Below, piece by piece: positions 11,105 to 22,865 of a stretch of 64,000 nt of DNA. Source of the DNA: Asterias rubens (lineage: Eukaryota); assembly GCF_902459465.1 (NCBI RefSeq), contig NC_047066.1, positions 20,832,001 through 20,896,000 on the forward strand, read 5' to 3'. Made by a program: the position numbers and the translations under genes. The notes beneath the pieces are model-generated. The model was not told the origin of the DNA and made no database searches. It was given only the letters and a program-made list of their open reading frames with translations. Every line of letters starts with the position of its first letter. The stretch's first letter is position 1.

Positions 11105-13881
11105 TTAACTGTAGGCCTACTGTACGCGATGGTATTTACTATTTTCTTACGTAACTTGATTCCCGTAATTATTTTCCTTTTGCATTTTTTTACATTCTGT
11201 GGCGACTCTTTCGGTGAGGGAAGTTAACAACAGGAATAGCTTTCCAGATAATTCAATAGGTTACGTCTTGAACGAAAACAACGGTCAGCTGGAGGTCTCT
11301 TATCTTTTTCCACTGGTCAGACCATGGAGGTAGCTACATCCATGGTCAGACAGGGGTATTGTCGTGGTCAGGAATATCTTTCCAGATAATCAGTAGGTTA
11401 CGTCTTTTGTTACTCTGCGGTTTTCCGGGTCGTTGGAGCTCCTTCTCTTCCTTGTAATGACCGTGGTCCGACTTATTATGCAATCCCCTCATCACATGGC
11501 TCAAGGCTGTTTTAATTATACCTCCATCCATGGTTTTACTATACTTCGACTACAGTCTTGTCTTACCATGGAGTATTCCTCCATGGTCTTACCATGGAGG
11601 TAGAATCCTCCATGGTCTTACCATAGCTCCATGGTCTTACCAACTTGTCGTTTTCCATACTTGCCTTTGAAATACCAGCATCACCGAATATTAACATTAT
11701 GACAATCTTCGATAAGAACTGGACTCAGATATAGCATGGAGGTAGAATTCCTCCATGGATACAGCACCGCTGTAGTTTTGTGACTTTTTCACGGTCGTGT
11801 TTTAGCCTTGAGGACGAGTCTACGGTCGTTGCGTAATATTAACAAGTATTAAAACATCACGTGAATCGTTCCTTGTCATTGGCTTATATTGGGTCACGTG
11901 TCTATCTTTGTTAAACAAATCACCCTAGGGAATGTTGGCTGGCTATTTAGGTTTGTATGGAACGCCAAATAATATGTTCAACTCCGACCCGAACATTTCC
12001 CGCAATCCTAGCTCTTATCCTTTGCGTTATTGAGGCGTACATTAGTTCTTGGTCGCTTCTTTCTTGACGCCATCGATCAATGACAGATTCTTATTGAAGT
12101 ATAGTCTCAAGGAACTGGCAGAATAGCAAAGTGAAAGTTTGTATCCTTGGCGGTCTATACTCACTAGCTTCTTCGTTCCACCCGAATGATTTGCACATCG
12201 TAATGCAATTCGCATCACCTGGTTATTGGATGGGCCACTAACCATTTTGAGCAGCGTACATGTATATATACTGACCGTCAGACTCCAGTGAAAAGAAACA
12301 GAGACCCGACCAAGTTGCTTTCCAGACCTTCATCCCGAGAAAGATATATAATCTCCATTGCATTCCTCGTAAGTAAACAACAATTAGTCTATTATGTAAA
12401 CGTTTAATATCATTTATCATAAAGAAAAGGGGTCCATCCTGGGCTGCTATATATAGGGCGGCGACTTCATGTAAAACAGCGTCCTTTGGTAGTTACAATG
12501 TATATGGTGTGGTATGGTGGACACAATAAAATGACACTACATGTACATTTAGGTTGGGTAAAAAGTGTCTGTACACACCCACAACTACGGTGATGTAGGC
12601 CTACTCCTATAGACCTTTATCATTCTACCAAGTCAATCTTTGACCATGAAGGTAGATAGAGAGCTGCTAAGCACACAAATTTGCTAGCATGAAACTTCTT
12701 CCTTGATAAAAACAGGACTTCTACCAACCAAATTTTCACGTGATTTTCAGGATAAGGAAGCTACAGTTGAATACCAGTAACAAAAAATATGCAAAGAATG
12801 GATATTTAGATGGTAATCATGTTTTTATCAAGTGTTATGGGACTACTTTTCGTATGATGGCGTAGTAATATTATGAATACTAATTAAGTACGGGGTATAG
12901 TACTTATACCAGGGCGCGGCCTATGATCGCCAGTAGCCGTTAGCCTGGTCTGGGAGGTTGGAGTCTCCGTCTTTAATTTACCTAAGTTTCGTAAGTTAAG
13001 TTATTAAATAAAGCTATTGTGTTCTCTAATAAGAAGTCTCACTAGCCTGTTTTATTTGAAGTTGTGTACTAGTATCCCGGTAGGCTGACAAAACCATAAT
13101 ACAAGGCAGAAATTTCATGCTAAGCAAAACAAAATTATGAACCAGACGGTTACACATGTTCTAGAGCATCACGTTTATGGATAAAAACAAAAACTTTTTT
13201 TTGTTTGAGTCAATAATCGAAGTATATAAAAAATAGTAAAAAGTGTCCACCATTCCTCAAAAAGGCTTCTCGTACTCCAATCGGCGTGCACGTGTATTAG
13301 TTTTTTCAACATGGCATTTAAATGATTTTACTTTATCAAACTTTGCAGTTCAACAAGTTAGTCATATTGTTTCCCTTGAAGAAACTTTCAATGATTTTCA
13401 AGTGAATATATATTCCCTTTCCATTTTATTTAAAATAATTTTCATTGTTTTGTACACATTCCATCCGGTTTTAAAATATCAAGGGGGGTTACAAAAGAAA
13501 ATTGGAGCACTCATTCCTATCCCGTCTAGAATTGTTTTATTTTTGTTTTATTTTATTTTACAGTTACAGTTGTAATCGGTCTTAATTTATTCACTATGTT
13601 CCTCTTCGTGTAAAGACTGTTTTAGTATAGGCCTAAGATATAGATAAAAGGTGTATTAAAAAATAATTAAAAATATATTTTTTAATGATTCCTTGTAAGA
13701 ACATGTACAGAACCAGGTAGACAAAAGTGACGTACGTCTTTGGATTTTTCATTTCATTTTATTTGCCAGCAAACATGAACAAAAAAAAACATTTAAAATA
13801 ATCAAAGATCTACAGAAACAAGCAATTAAATAATTGTAAGAAAAACACAAAATGTAAGAACATAAGCAAACTACTGAGAAA

Positions 13882-14203
13882 CCAGGGCCCAATTTCATAG
13901 CGCTGCTAAGCAAAAAAATTTGCTTAGCATGACATTTCTCCCGTGATAAAAACAGGAATGACAACCAAATGTCCACGTGATTATCAAGACAAGCACACCA
14001 CAGCTTAATACCAGTAAGAAGCCAAATGCAACAAAATGAAATTTGGTTGATGAGACAAGCACACCACAGCTTAATACCAGTAAGAAGCCAAATGCAACAA
14101 AATGAAATTTGGTTGATGAGATCCTGTTTTTACCAAGGAGGAAATTTCATAGCGCTGCTAAGCAAATCTTTGTGCTTAGCAGCGCTATGAAATTGTGCCC
14201 TGG
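13882..14203. mobile_element. MITE with GGGCCCAATTTCATAGCGCTGCTAAGC TIRs and an internal ~66-bp tandem duplication
   Basis: TIRs CCAGGGCCCAATTTCATAGCGCTGCTAAGCA / TGCTTAGCAGCGCTATGAAATTGTGCCCTGG. The block AGACAAGCACACCACAGC...GGTTGATGAGA is repeated at ~13987 and ~14053. Related fragments occur at ~12660-12830, ~34345 and ~37465. Confidence 0.7.
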
Positions 14204-14342
14204 CCTGGCCGCCAGGCAGATACAAAACTGTTTTGAAAACTGTTATGTTTATTGTATATTTTCTAGTTTTAATTGTTTCATTTCGTTTAACAGGATTGCG
14301 ACCTATTTTTGACAACTGTGACGAAAACCAAATCGCTTCAAA

Positions 14343-16502
14343 ATGAGGACTTTTTTGACTGCTGTACTCCTTCTTTCTTCCATTGGTAAATAACTTTTCT
14401 TTGACAAATTGTACATTTCTTTAAAGACACTGGACACTATTAGTAATTGTCAAAGTCCATCAGTTTTCTCACTCGGTGTATCTCAACATTTGCATAAATA
14501 ACAAACCTGTGAAAATTGAACAAAATAACCATTCTAGTTCATTGTGTTTACCAACAGGAAGTATTATGGGTATCAGGTGCTATCTTTGCACCCTCGGAGT
14601 CGCTAGTTCGGTAGTCGATAGCCAACAGTGTGATGACCCGTTCAATGCACCGTCTTCTCCCACTGAGAATGGGACAACCAGCTCCGGGGTGCTTGACGTA
14701 GACTGTAGCACTGTCTCACCCATTTACGACGTCTGCGCTGTAAGTTATAAGGAATGTACTTGAATTGTTTATGTGATTGTTTATTATATTAACATTGTTT
14801 TATATTATATATTTAATCGTTCATTTTGTTCTTTCTTTTTTCTTTCTTCTTTTTGAGTGGAGATCTTAGACTCCGTTTTTTCATCCCCAGTGGAAACAAA
14901 GATCAAACATCTTCTATAGAACATTAACACATAGATCAATACATTAAGTACGTTGAGGATACAATATGGAAAAAGATGTTCAACATTCTCGATGTCAGAT
15001 TTACAGTACATATTAACGCCTCTTGCGCTTTCTTAAAACGTCGGTTTCCAATACATGTCTCTCCATGTAATAGGGAATAATTATATAATAATTGATGTCC
15101 TGTTTTACCATTTACTGTGCTTGTCCTCAAAAAATATTTCGTCTTCCAAGAAAACATTTTGTTGTTTGTGGTCACAATGTTCTCATATCTGTCTGTTTAC
15201 AAAAGGCTACATTTATTTCACATTTCCCTTTACACACGTAGGATTTTGGGGGGAATATTGTTCATGGTCCGTTGAATATATGTGGGTGGTTGCACTTTGG
15301 TCACTATAAACTCCGGTTCCAATGTGTGCTTTCTGTTAACTTCCATACACAAACTTTCTGAATAATATTTTATTTGTGTAAAGTCTTATAGTTTGATGAA
15401 TAATATGGCGGAAAAAACTTGTATCCTTTTAGAACTGAATGCATGACTCATTATCGCGTAGCTTTCTAGGAAATAGTAGGGTCAAAACGTGAGCTGAGTC
15501 CAGTAACACTATTTTTGCATGTACATTGTGTAGTTCTAGTTGGACGCAGTTTGCTAACAACCGTTGACCCCCAAATCAGTAAATTAATAAGTTTGCTTGT
15601 TACATGAAATAAAATTGAAGAAGATACCTGAATTGACGGATACAATTAGAGTTTGACGAGGTGCGGATAGCGTGCTCTCATAGTGCTTGTGTACAATATT
15701 TTATACACACACATTGCAACGTGTGTTCAGGCTGTGTATAAGTCAACTTCTTAGTTTCTGTAAAGTCGACTTGGTGAGACCATTATGTCAGTGAGTCGAC
15801 CAAAGTCGAGTTGTTGAGATAAATAATGTCAGTACATGAATATTGACTTATCATTTTATGTAAGTCGACTCGGTGAGATAAATTATGTCAGTAAGTCGAT
15901 TAATTTTTTGTATCTAAGTCGACCTGGTGAGATAAATTATGTCAGTAAGTCGATTAATAATTTTATCTAAGTCAACTTCTGAGATAAATCATGTCAGTAA
16001 GTCGACTTACCAATTTATCTAAGTCGACTTGGTGAGATAAATTAAGTTGTCAAGTCAACTGATTGTTTTGAATAAATCGACTTAGCAAAATAAAAAAAAT
16101 GTCGGAAGTTAACTTAGTCCACGACTAAGACGTCTTGATGAGTTAAATCATGTAGGTAACTCGATATGTGTTAGGGATGGCACTCTAGTGCTCAGGACTT
16201 CAGAGTATTTTTTCTAACAATTATTTTGAGTTATTACCACACCAATGGTGTCAATCAGTGCCTTAAATACTGCTCTTTTGTCCTTTCTTCAGAAAACAGT
16301 CGGCAGAATTAATGGCGTCTACACTGTGGCCAGAACGTGTTACTCAAGCTTTGATTGCCTATCCGAGGATGGGTGCGTTTCTGGACAGGGAAACACTGTG
16401 TGTTGCTGTGGTACAGATGGCTGTAACGGTGCTGGTAGCGTAGCTGTCAACATTGCCGCCACTATCTCCTTGGCTGCAGCAACAGTGATGTTCACTCTGT
16501 AA
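14343..16502 (+). CDS. GPI-anchored Ly6/uPAR (three-finger) protein, quiver/sleepless-like, 144 aa
   Basis: Exons 14343-14385 (signal peptide MRTFLTAVLLLSSI, G|GTAAAT), 14558-14739 (IRCYLC..QQCDDPF..C..CA|GTAAGT) and 16293-16502 (K..RTC..C..C..CCCGTDGCNGA plus hydrophobic GPI-signal tail). Phases 1 and 0 are consistent and the total is 435 nt. Confidence 0.88.
15745..16135. repeat. Degenerate tandem minisatellite, ~35-45 bp unit (TAAGTCGACTTGGTGAGATAAATTATGTCAG)
   Basis: Repeated AAGTCGAC/AAGTCAAC plus GAGATAAATTATGTCAGT motifs in intron 2 of the Ly6 gene. Confidence 0.75.
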
Positions 16503-17391
16503 AAGATAGAGAGGCAGGTGTGGCGGTTTCTGTCTTCCGCGGTGTTCAGTTTTCCGGGACAACTGACTACTTTCGCTTGCTGGGCGCAGGCGTCACATGA
16601 CGTAATGTTACCGTATTTGGTCATTCGGAAAACTGACACCGGGAGAGAGAAAGTAGAACTACTTTTTGTATAAGGCCCTTTTCGAAACCACGACCTCGGC
16701 ACCAGACTCGGCTCGAGCTAGCCTGGCCCCGCGTGCCTGTGACCTGCTCGGGGCTTCAGACGAGAGAACGTAGCCTGAAGCCAAATTCATAGCAGAAGCC
16801 GTGGATTCGAAAGGGGCCATAGATTCTTTCACGGTAAAGGTTAAACACTATCTGAGTGAGGACCAGTCAACTCGACCGAGCCAAGTCGTCCACAAGCAAA
16901 GTCGCCCCATCACATACAAACTTTATCCTCTCAAAGTCGCCTCTCGCAAACTCGCCCTGAACGACTTTGAGAAGGGCGACAATCTATGTTAGGGGGCGAA
17001 TTTGCTAGGGGCGACTTTGTTTAGTGGCTGACTTTGCTGGTGGCGAATTGACTGGCGTTCATATGAGGTTATTTAAACTTAATTTGTAGAGGTAGTAAAC
17101 ATAACCGGCTGTGCCAATATAGAAATAGCTTAGTGGAATGTAATCCTTGCCGTATATAATATGTCTTCGCGGTGATGAGTCTTCTCTTTAACGTCTACCA
17201 TGCACAAATTATTTCATAAAGGATTTATAATCAAACTTTATATTGTAACATGAGTCGACTGAACATGCCTAAGGCCTTTTTTTTAATTTATTTTTTATAA
17301 CTATGCAACATTTCACATAGCAATATAAGTCTGTGACTCATTTATATAGACACAACATTGGAACAGAGCTCACTAAACGAACATTTTTAAT

Positions 17392-17535
17392 AGGAGACTT
17401 TCCAACGCTAGGCGGCAGCAGACATACCGGGTAAATTTCCATTGTTTACGTAGTTCTGAACATGCGCATAATTCTGAGAACAATGGATTTACCCGGTAAG
17501 TCTGCTGCCCTCTATCGTCCCAGAAAGTCTCCCAT
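17392..17535. repeat. Palindromic MITE; reverse-complement copy at ~38603-38752
   Basis: GGAGACTTT..GGCAGCAGACATACCGGGTAAAT..ATTTACCCGGTAAGTCTGCTGCC..AAAGTCTCC. Confidence 0.75.
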
Positions 17536-18060
17536 TGGATATTGCACCCTTTAGCTACACTTGTTTTAATATTTTAATGACATGAACAAAGGGGTGGCTT
17601 AATTAAAATGTTTTATATCAACATAAGCGTCACCGTTTTCATTGCACCGCAAAATGTTAAACACAGGCATGTGAGTTCTCATGATTATTTAAAAAATATA
17701 ATAAGGATATTCTCAAAATCGTAAAAAAAAAGAGAAATATTCCACATTGTAGCTTTTGAAGATTAAACCTCCTGAATTGTAAGATTTGGGTGGTTCTTGG
17801 TCTAGACAAATTGGGAACCCAAAGCAGCAAGTCACATTCATAGAATATCATCTTTTTGAAATATGTATGGCAATAATACGAGATAAAGCAGTGATCAACT
17901 TATTTATAAACCTTAAGTTCAATATATACGTCGTATATACTTTTTAAAACTGCTTTCTTACCAAGAAATGTAATAAAGGTCTTTTCATTTTAATAACCTT
18001 ATTTTTGTTTCTGCTTAGTCTTTTTTTAAGGGATTCGTGGTGAGTTATTTATTACTTTAA

Positions 18061-18439
18061 AGACAGTGGACACTATTCGTAACTGTCAAAGACTAGCCTT
18101 CATAGTTGGTGTATCTCAACATATGCATAAAATAACAAACCTGTGAAAATTTGAGCTCAATCGGTCATCGAACTTGCGAGATAATAATGAAAGAAAAAAA
18201 CACCCTTGTCACACGAACTTGTGTGCGTTTAGATGGTTGATTTCGAGACCTCAAGTTCTAAATCTGAGGTCTCGAAATCAAATGCGTTGAAAATTACTTC
18301 TTTCTCGAAAACTATGGCACTTCAGAGGGAGCCGTTTCTCACAATGTTTTATACCATCAACCTCTCCCCATTACTGGTAATAAAGAAAGGTTTTATGGTG
18401 ATAATTATTTTGAGTAATTACCAATAGTGTCCACTGCCT
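18061..18439. mobile_element. Kolobok-type MITE family A, full copy, opposite orientation
   Basis: TTAA|AGACAGTGGACAC...GTGTCCACTGCCT|TTAA. The right TTAA (18440-18443) is shared with the next family A copy starting at 18444. Confidence 0.8.
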
Positions 18440-18534
18440 TTAAAGGCTGTGGACATTATTGGTAACTACTCAAATATTAGCATAAAACCTTTCTTGGTGG
18501 AGAGGTTGATAGTATAAAACATTGTGAGAAACGG

Positions 18535-19408
18535 TGTCGGATGCAATTGTGTCTGCCATGCAATACTGTCTGCTCCGGACACTTTTGCATATGCAATCGT
18601 GTCCGGGGCTATTCAAATACCGTCCGGCTGACATGTACATGACTGTACTTGTACAATGTATGTGCGCGCGTAAGCGAGCGTGCATAGATATAGAATTAAA
18701 GGATTTGGGTACCTTTTCAAAATGTCCATAGATTTACATTAAATGTCCATAGAGTTACATTAACCTTACAGGGTTTGAAGATAATGATAGTGGAAAGCTT
18801 CCCTTCAAATATTACTTACTGAGGTGCTGTAGTTTTGAAAAAATTAGTAAAACAATGTCATGAAAATACGTTTGTAAATGCTTAAAACAATTTACGTCGT
18901 ATGAGACGAAAATTATTTTCATTGTTTTACTCATTTCCCAAAAACTACAGCACCTCAGCACGTAATATTTTCAGGGAAGCTTTCTACTATCATTATCTTC
19001 AAACTGTGTAAGTTTAGTGTAAATCTGTGGACATTGTGTTTTTTGTCCTACAAAAGTTACAGACATGTACACCCTTTAAACAATTATATTCTTTATCTGT
19101 GTGCGTATATGCAGCATGAATATTCGCGTATTTAATGATTGCAGCGAATACCCAACGGCCGATCATTTCACATGTCATTCATGACATGCACTAATAGCTT
19201 GTACAAAAATGGCGAACGTGTTCCGTCGACCAATGGCGTTTAATTTACTGCACGGGGCGGACACAACTGCATATGCAAATGTGTCCGGGCGGACACAGCA
19301 GCGTCCGGGCGGACACGATTACATATGCAAAACCGTCCGGCGTTATTGCATAATATGCAATAATGTCATCCGGATAGTATTGCATAGAGGACATAATTGC
19401 ATGCGACA
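18535..19408. mobile_element. Ginger-like non-autonomous element (TGT..ACA, 4-bp TSD) inserted in a Kolobok MITE
   Basis: TIRs TGTCGGATGCAATTGTGTC / GACATAATTGCATGCGACA with ACGG duplicated on both sides. The host MITE sequence GAGAA-ACGG-CTCCCTCTGAAG resumes exactly after it. Other copies are at ~34938-35453 (flanks CCAT/CCGT) and ~57315-57459 (right end only). Confidence 0.7.
18700..19075. mobile_element. Second TTAA-flanked MITE (family B, long imperfect TIRs) nested in the Ginger-like element
   Basis: TTAA|AGG...CCT|TTAA with inverted arms containing GAAGATAATGATAGT..GAGGTGCTGTAGTTTT / AAAACTACAGCACCTC..ACTATCATTATCTTC. It is absent from the sister copy at 34938-35453. Confidence 0.7.
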
Positions 19409-21359
19409 ACGGCTCCCTCTGAAGTACTAAATGTAGTTTTCGAGAAAGAAGTGATTTTCCACGAATTTGATTTCAAGACCTCAGAATTTGAGGTCTCGAA
19501 ATCAAGCATCTGAAAGCACACAACTTTGTGTGACAAGGGAGTTTTTTCTTTCATTATCATCTCGCAACCTAGAGGGCCGTCCATGCAGTATTACGTCACT
19601 GTAGTCAAGTGGTTAGCCTGCAGCACTTGCAATAACAAAGATGTGGGTTCGAATCCTGGGAGGTAAACTTTGCCCGATAAATGACAGGTGGTGCCCATCG
19701 CAATGTACCCGTACTTTAAAACTAATTGTTTTCATCTGGTAAAAGTACCGGCCTTAAAATCCTGTCAAGAATTCCTGAGATTTCAAGAAAACAACGAAGA
19801 CGAACGGGGATGGTACACCATGCCTCAAATTGAGCACTAAATACGGCTATTTAGCTTATTGCTTATTTCACAATTTCTTTATTATTTTGTGCAGTTCATC
19901 ATTCACGACATCAAACCAATGTTTATATATTACATGAGAGAGATTTGCTGTTGCCAGCTTGGCGTTTATTTTACACTGTGGGTGCTTTGCCGAGTTGGGA
20001 GGATCATTTCCGTAGGATTTGAAAAGTTGAATGGTGGGAGTATGAAACCATGGTATAACAACTAGGCGAGGTTTGCACTAGTACCGTGGGAAAATCTCTT
20101 CAGTGGGTCATCTGAACAATATAAATACTAGTAATAGGGGGTTTGGGGCGTACAAGCCAGAATTGTGTTGTAGATGGATCTACTGTTTAAATTTGTTTCA
20201 TGATTCCCTGTACCAAAAGGGAGGTATCATAATTGAAACGCCTTAAGTGGTTTGAACGAGAGATAATTTTGTCATTCGCTTGTCAATTTCGTACAAATTG
20301 TAGCGGTTTGGTATCTGTCTTTAGCTTTTTTAGAGAGCCACTTTGTGATTCATGGCCCCCAGGGTTGGATGTGTCTTATTATTTGTGTTGTTAAATACTT
20401 AACCCGAAGAGGAATTTGGCAAAGTGGTATTTTGGGTACGTAGTTGAAGTCATGGTGGGAAAGTAGAAGATCGGGCGTTGAATAAACGTTTTAAATTAAT
20501 TATTCACAAAACAAAATATGCAAATTCTCGTTAATAAAGATTTGCATAAAGTGAATAATTACTCTAAACGTTTACTTAACGCTCGATTTCTGCACACCAT
20601 GACTTCAACTACGTACCGAAACTACCCGCTCGCCAAATTTCTGTTCGGGTGACATCTAATAATATAATTCTTTGGATAAAAGGATCTCAATAAGATACAT
20701 CCAGCCCCGGGGGCCACGAAGAACAACGTGGCTCTCTAAACAATACAAAGATAGGTGAAGGAAATTCTAGATGCAATATTCCTATACTAATTGGTTGATA
20801 AGTGTATGAATAATAATCTCTCTTGAGCATACCTTGCTCCCAAAACTGTCGTGTTTTTATAACTTGCTATAAATGACCTTTGAAAATCGTAAAGATCTTG
20901 ACTCTTCACAAACAGTATTCCTTATCAATTAAATCAGCCAAACTTACTTAATTCATGTTTACATAGAAAAAGAGTTAAATATCTTTACTGATTTTAAGTA
21001 AAGATTTACAAAATAACTATAGTTCACACTTTGCATCGGGGATATTTTGTTCTCATTCATATAATACCGATGTGTGTGAGCACTGTAAACTCAGAACTTT
21101 TCCAAGTTTTGTGAAATATCAAATCACAGGCATATTACTCGGGTAGGATTCGAGTTAAGGACCTCTGCAATTCTAGAGTAGTATCATACCAACTAGGAGG
21201 TTCGTAAACAACAACTGCAAATTTTGTAAGCCTGTGTAAAAAAAACATTTGTGTGTACGCAAATGCACGAATTTTCGCCCGTGCCCATTCCAATTTAGAA
21301 GTATTGTTTTAAACTTGAGTCAAGTACCAAAAGACCAAAGAAATATTCAGTCTGATATA

Positions 21360-22102
21360 CTACTACTGAAGACGAGCGTAGCATGTTCGAAACGTCGTTA
21401 CCAATTATATACCAAAAGTCCAACGAAATGTTACATCTGAGAAACTGCTATTTTGGACTTTTTGTAAATTCCTAAAGACGAGCAAAGCATGTTCGAAACG
21501 TCGATACCAATTATATAACAAAAGTCCAAAGAAATGTTCCATCTGAGATACTGCTATTTTGGTTTGCTAAATTCCCGAAGACGAACAAAGCATGTTCGAA
21601 ACGTCGATACACCAAACGACCAAATAAAATGTTTTATCTGAGACTATTTTGGTTTGCTAAATTCCCGAAGACGGGCAAAACCTGTTCGAAACGTCGATAC
21701 CAGTTATATACCAAAAGTCCAAAAAAATTGTTCCATCTGAGATACTGCTATTTTGGTTTGCTAAATTCCCGAAGACGAACAAAGCATGTTCGAAACGTCG
21801 ATACACCAAACGACCAAATAAAATGTTCTATCTGAGACTATTTTGGTTTGCTAAATTCCCGAAGACGGGCAAAACCTGTTCGAAACGTCGATACCAGTTA
21901 TATACCAAAAGTCCAAAGAAATGTCCCATCTGAGATACTACTATTTTGGTTTGCTAAATTCCTGAAGACGAACAAAGCATGTTCGAAACGTCGATACTAA
22001 TTATATACCAAAAGTCAAAAGAAAATGTTTCATCTGAGATACTACTATTTTGGTTTGCTAAATTCCTGAAGACGAGCAGAGCATACTCGAAACGTCGATA
22101 CC
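21360..22102 (+). repeat. Tandem array of 8 units (~104/90 bp), each carrying a minimal hammerhead-ribozyme-like core
   Basis: GAAACGTCG recurs at 21389, 21495, 21598, 21688, 21792, 21882, 21985 and 22089 (spacing 106, 103, 90, 104, 90, 103, 104). Each is preceded by C(T/C)GAAGA-C and a short stem such as GAAC-AAAGCAT-GTTC. Confidence 0.85.
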
Positions 22103-22865
22103 AAAATAGCGACTCTCGGCGACCGATTGAGCTCAAATGTTCACATGTTTGTTATTTTATGCATATGTTGAGATACATCAACTGTGAAGGCTAGTCTTTG
22201 ACAATTACCAATAGTGTCCACTGCCTTTAATGGCCTGACGTTTCACCCTAGCAGAGTCTTTCTCGAAGGCTATAAATGACCAAGCATTATAAGCATGTAC
22301 ATCGGCACATGCCACTGTAAGATGGCATGATAAAAGAACCTCTGGTCCCTTACAGTTAAGTGTTTGTCAGAGGGGTGTAGGTCTTCTTTGTACCAACTGA
22401 GTAGAATAGAAATTACCATCTAACGTTTCGATCTCCCTTTGTTATGTATTCTTTCTGAATCGGATAGACTTTCACGGGTTAAAGTGTATGGGTGAATCTT
22501 GGTCGATAGGCACAGCACTGGATGGCCAAAGTTTATTCTATTACGCAACTCAATTGTCCATCATTAACAAAATAACTCTCTAAGGCATCCGCCATTTGTA
22601 TACATGTACATGAAAATCCACGGTAGGCGACCATGCATGCAAATAAAGGTCCACAGACGTCCTAGACAGGTAAACAACAAAGTTAAATTGAACCACAACA
22701 AGGCGACTTTAACATTACATGATTCTGTGGTGCTGATGCGAGAACACTAAAGTAAGAGTACGACAAAAAAGGATATGAACCGTTGGATTTGAACGGCGTT
22801 TTAACACTTCAAACTAAACATTCGAGAAACTCGTGCGAGGGTTACTAGTTGCTTATTCATCGTGA

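Noticed and set aside
18233-18427. Recurrent ORFs of the type [18 protein letters not shown] (also 9479, 19366, 27768, 63736)
   Set aside because: They are translations of the non-coding Kolobok MITE, with frames and stops inconsistent between copies.
21360-22102. CRISPR-like array
   Set aside because: The inter-repeat sequences are themselves near-identical rather than unique spacers, there are no cas genes, and the context is eukaryotic.
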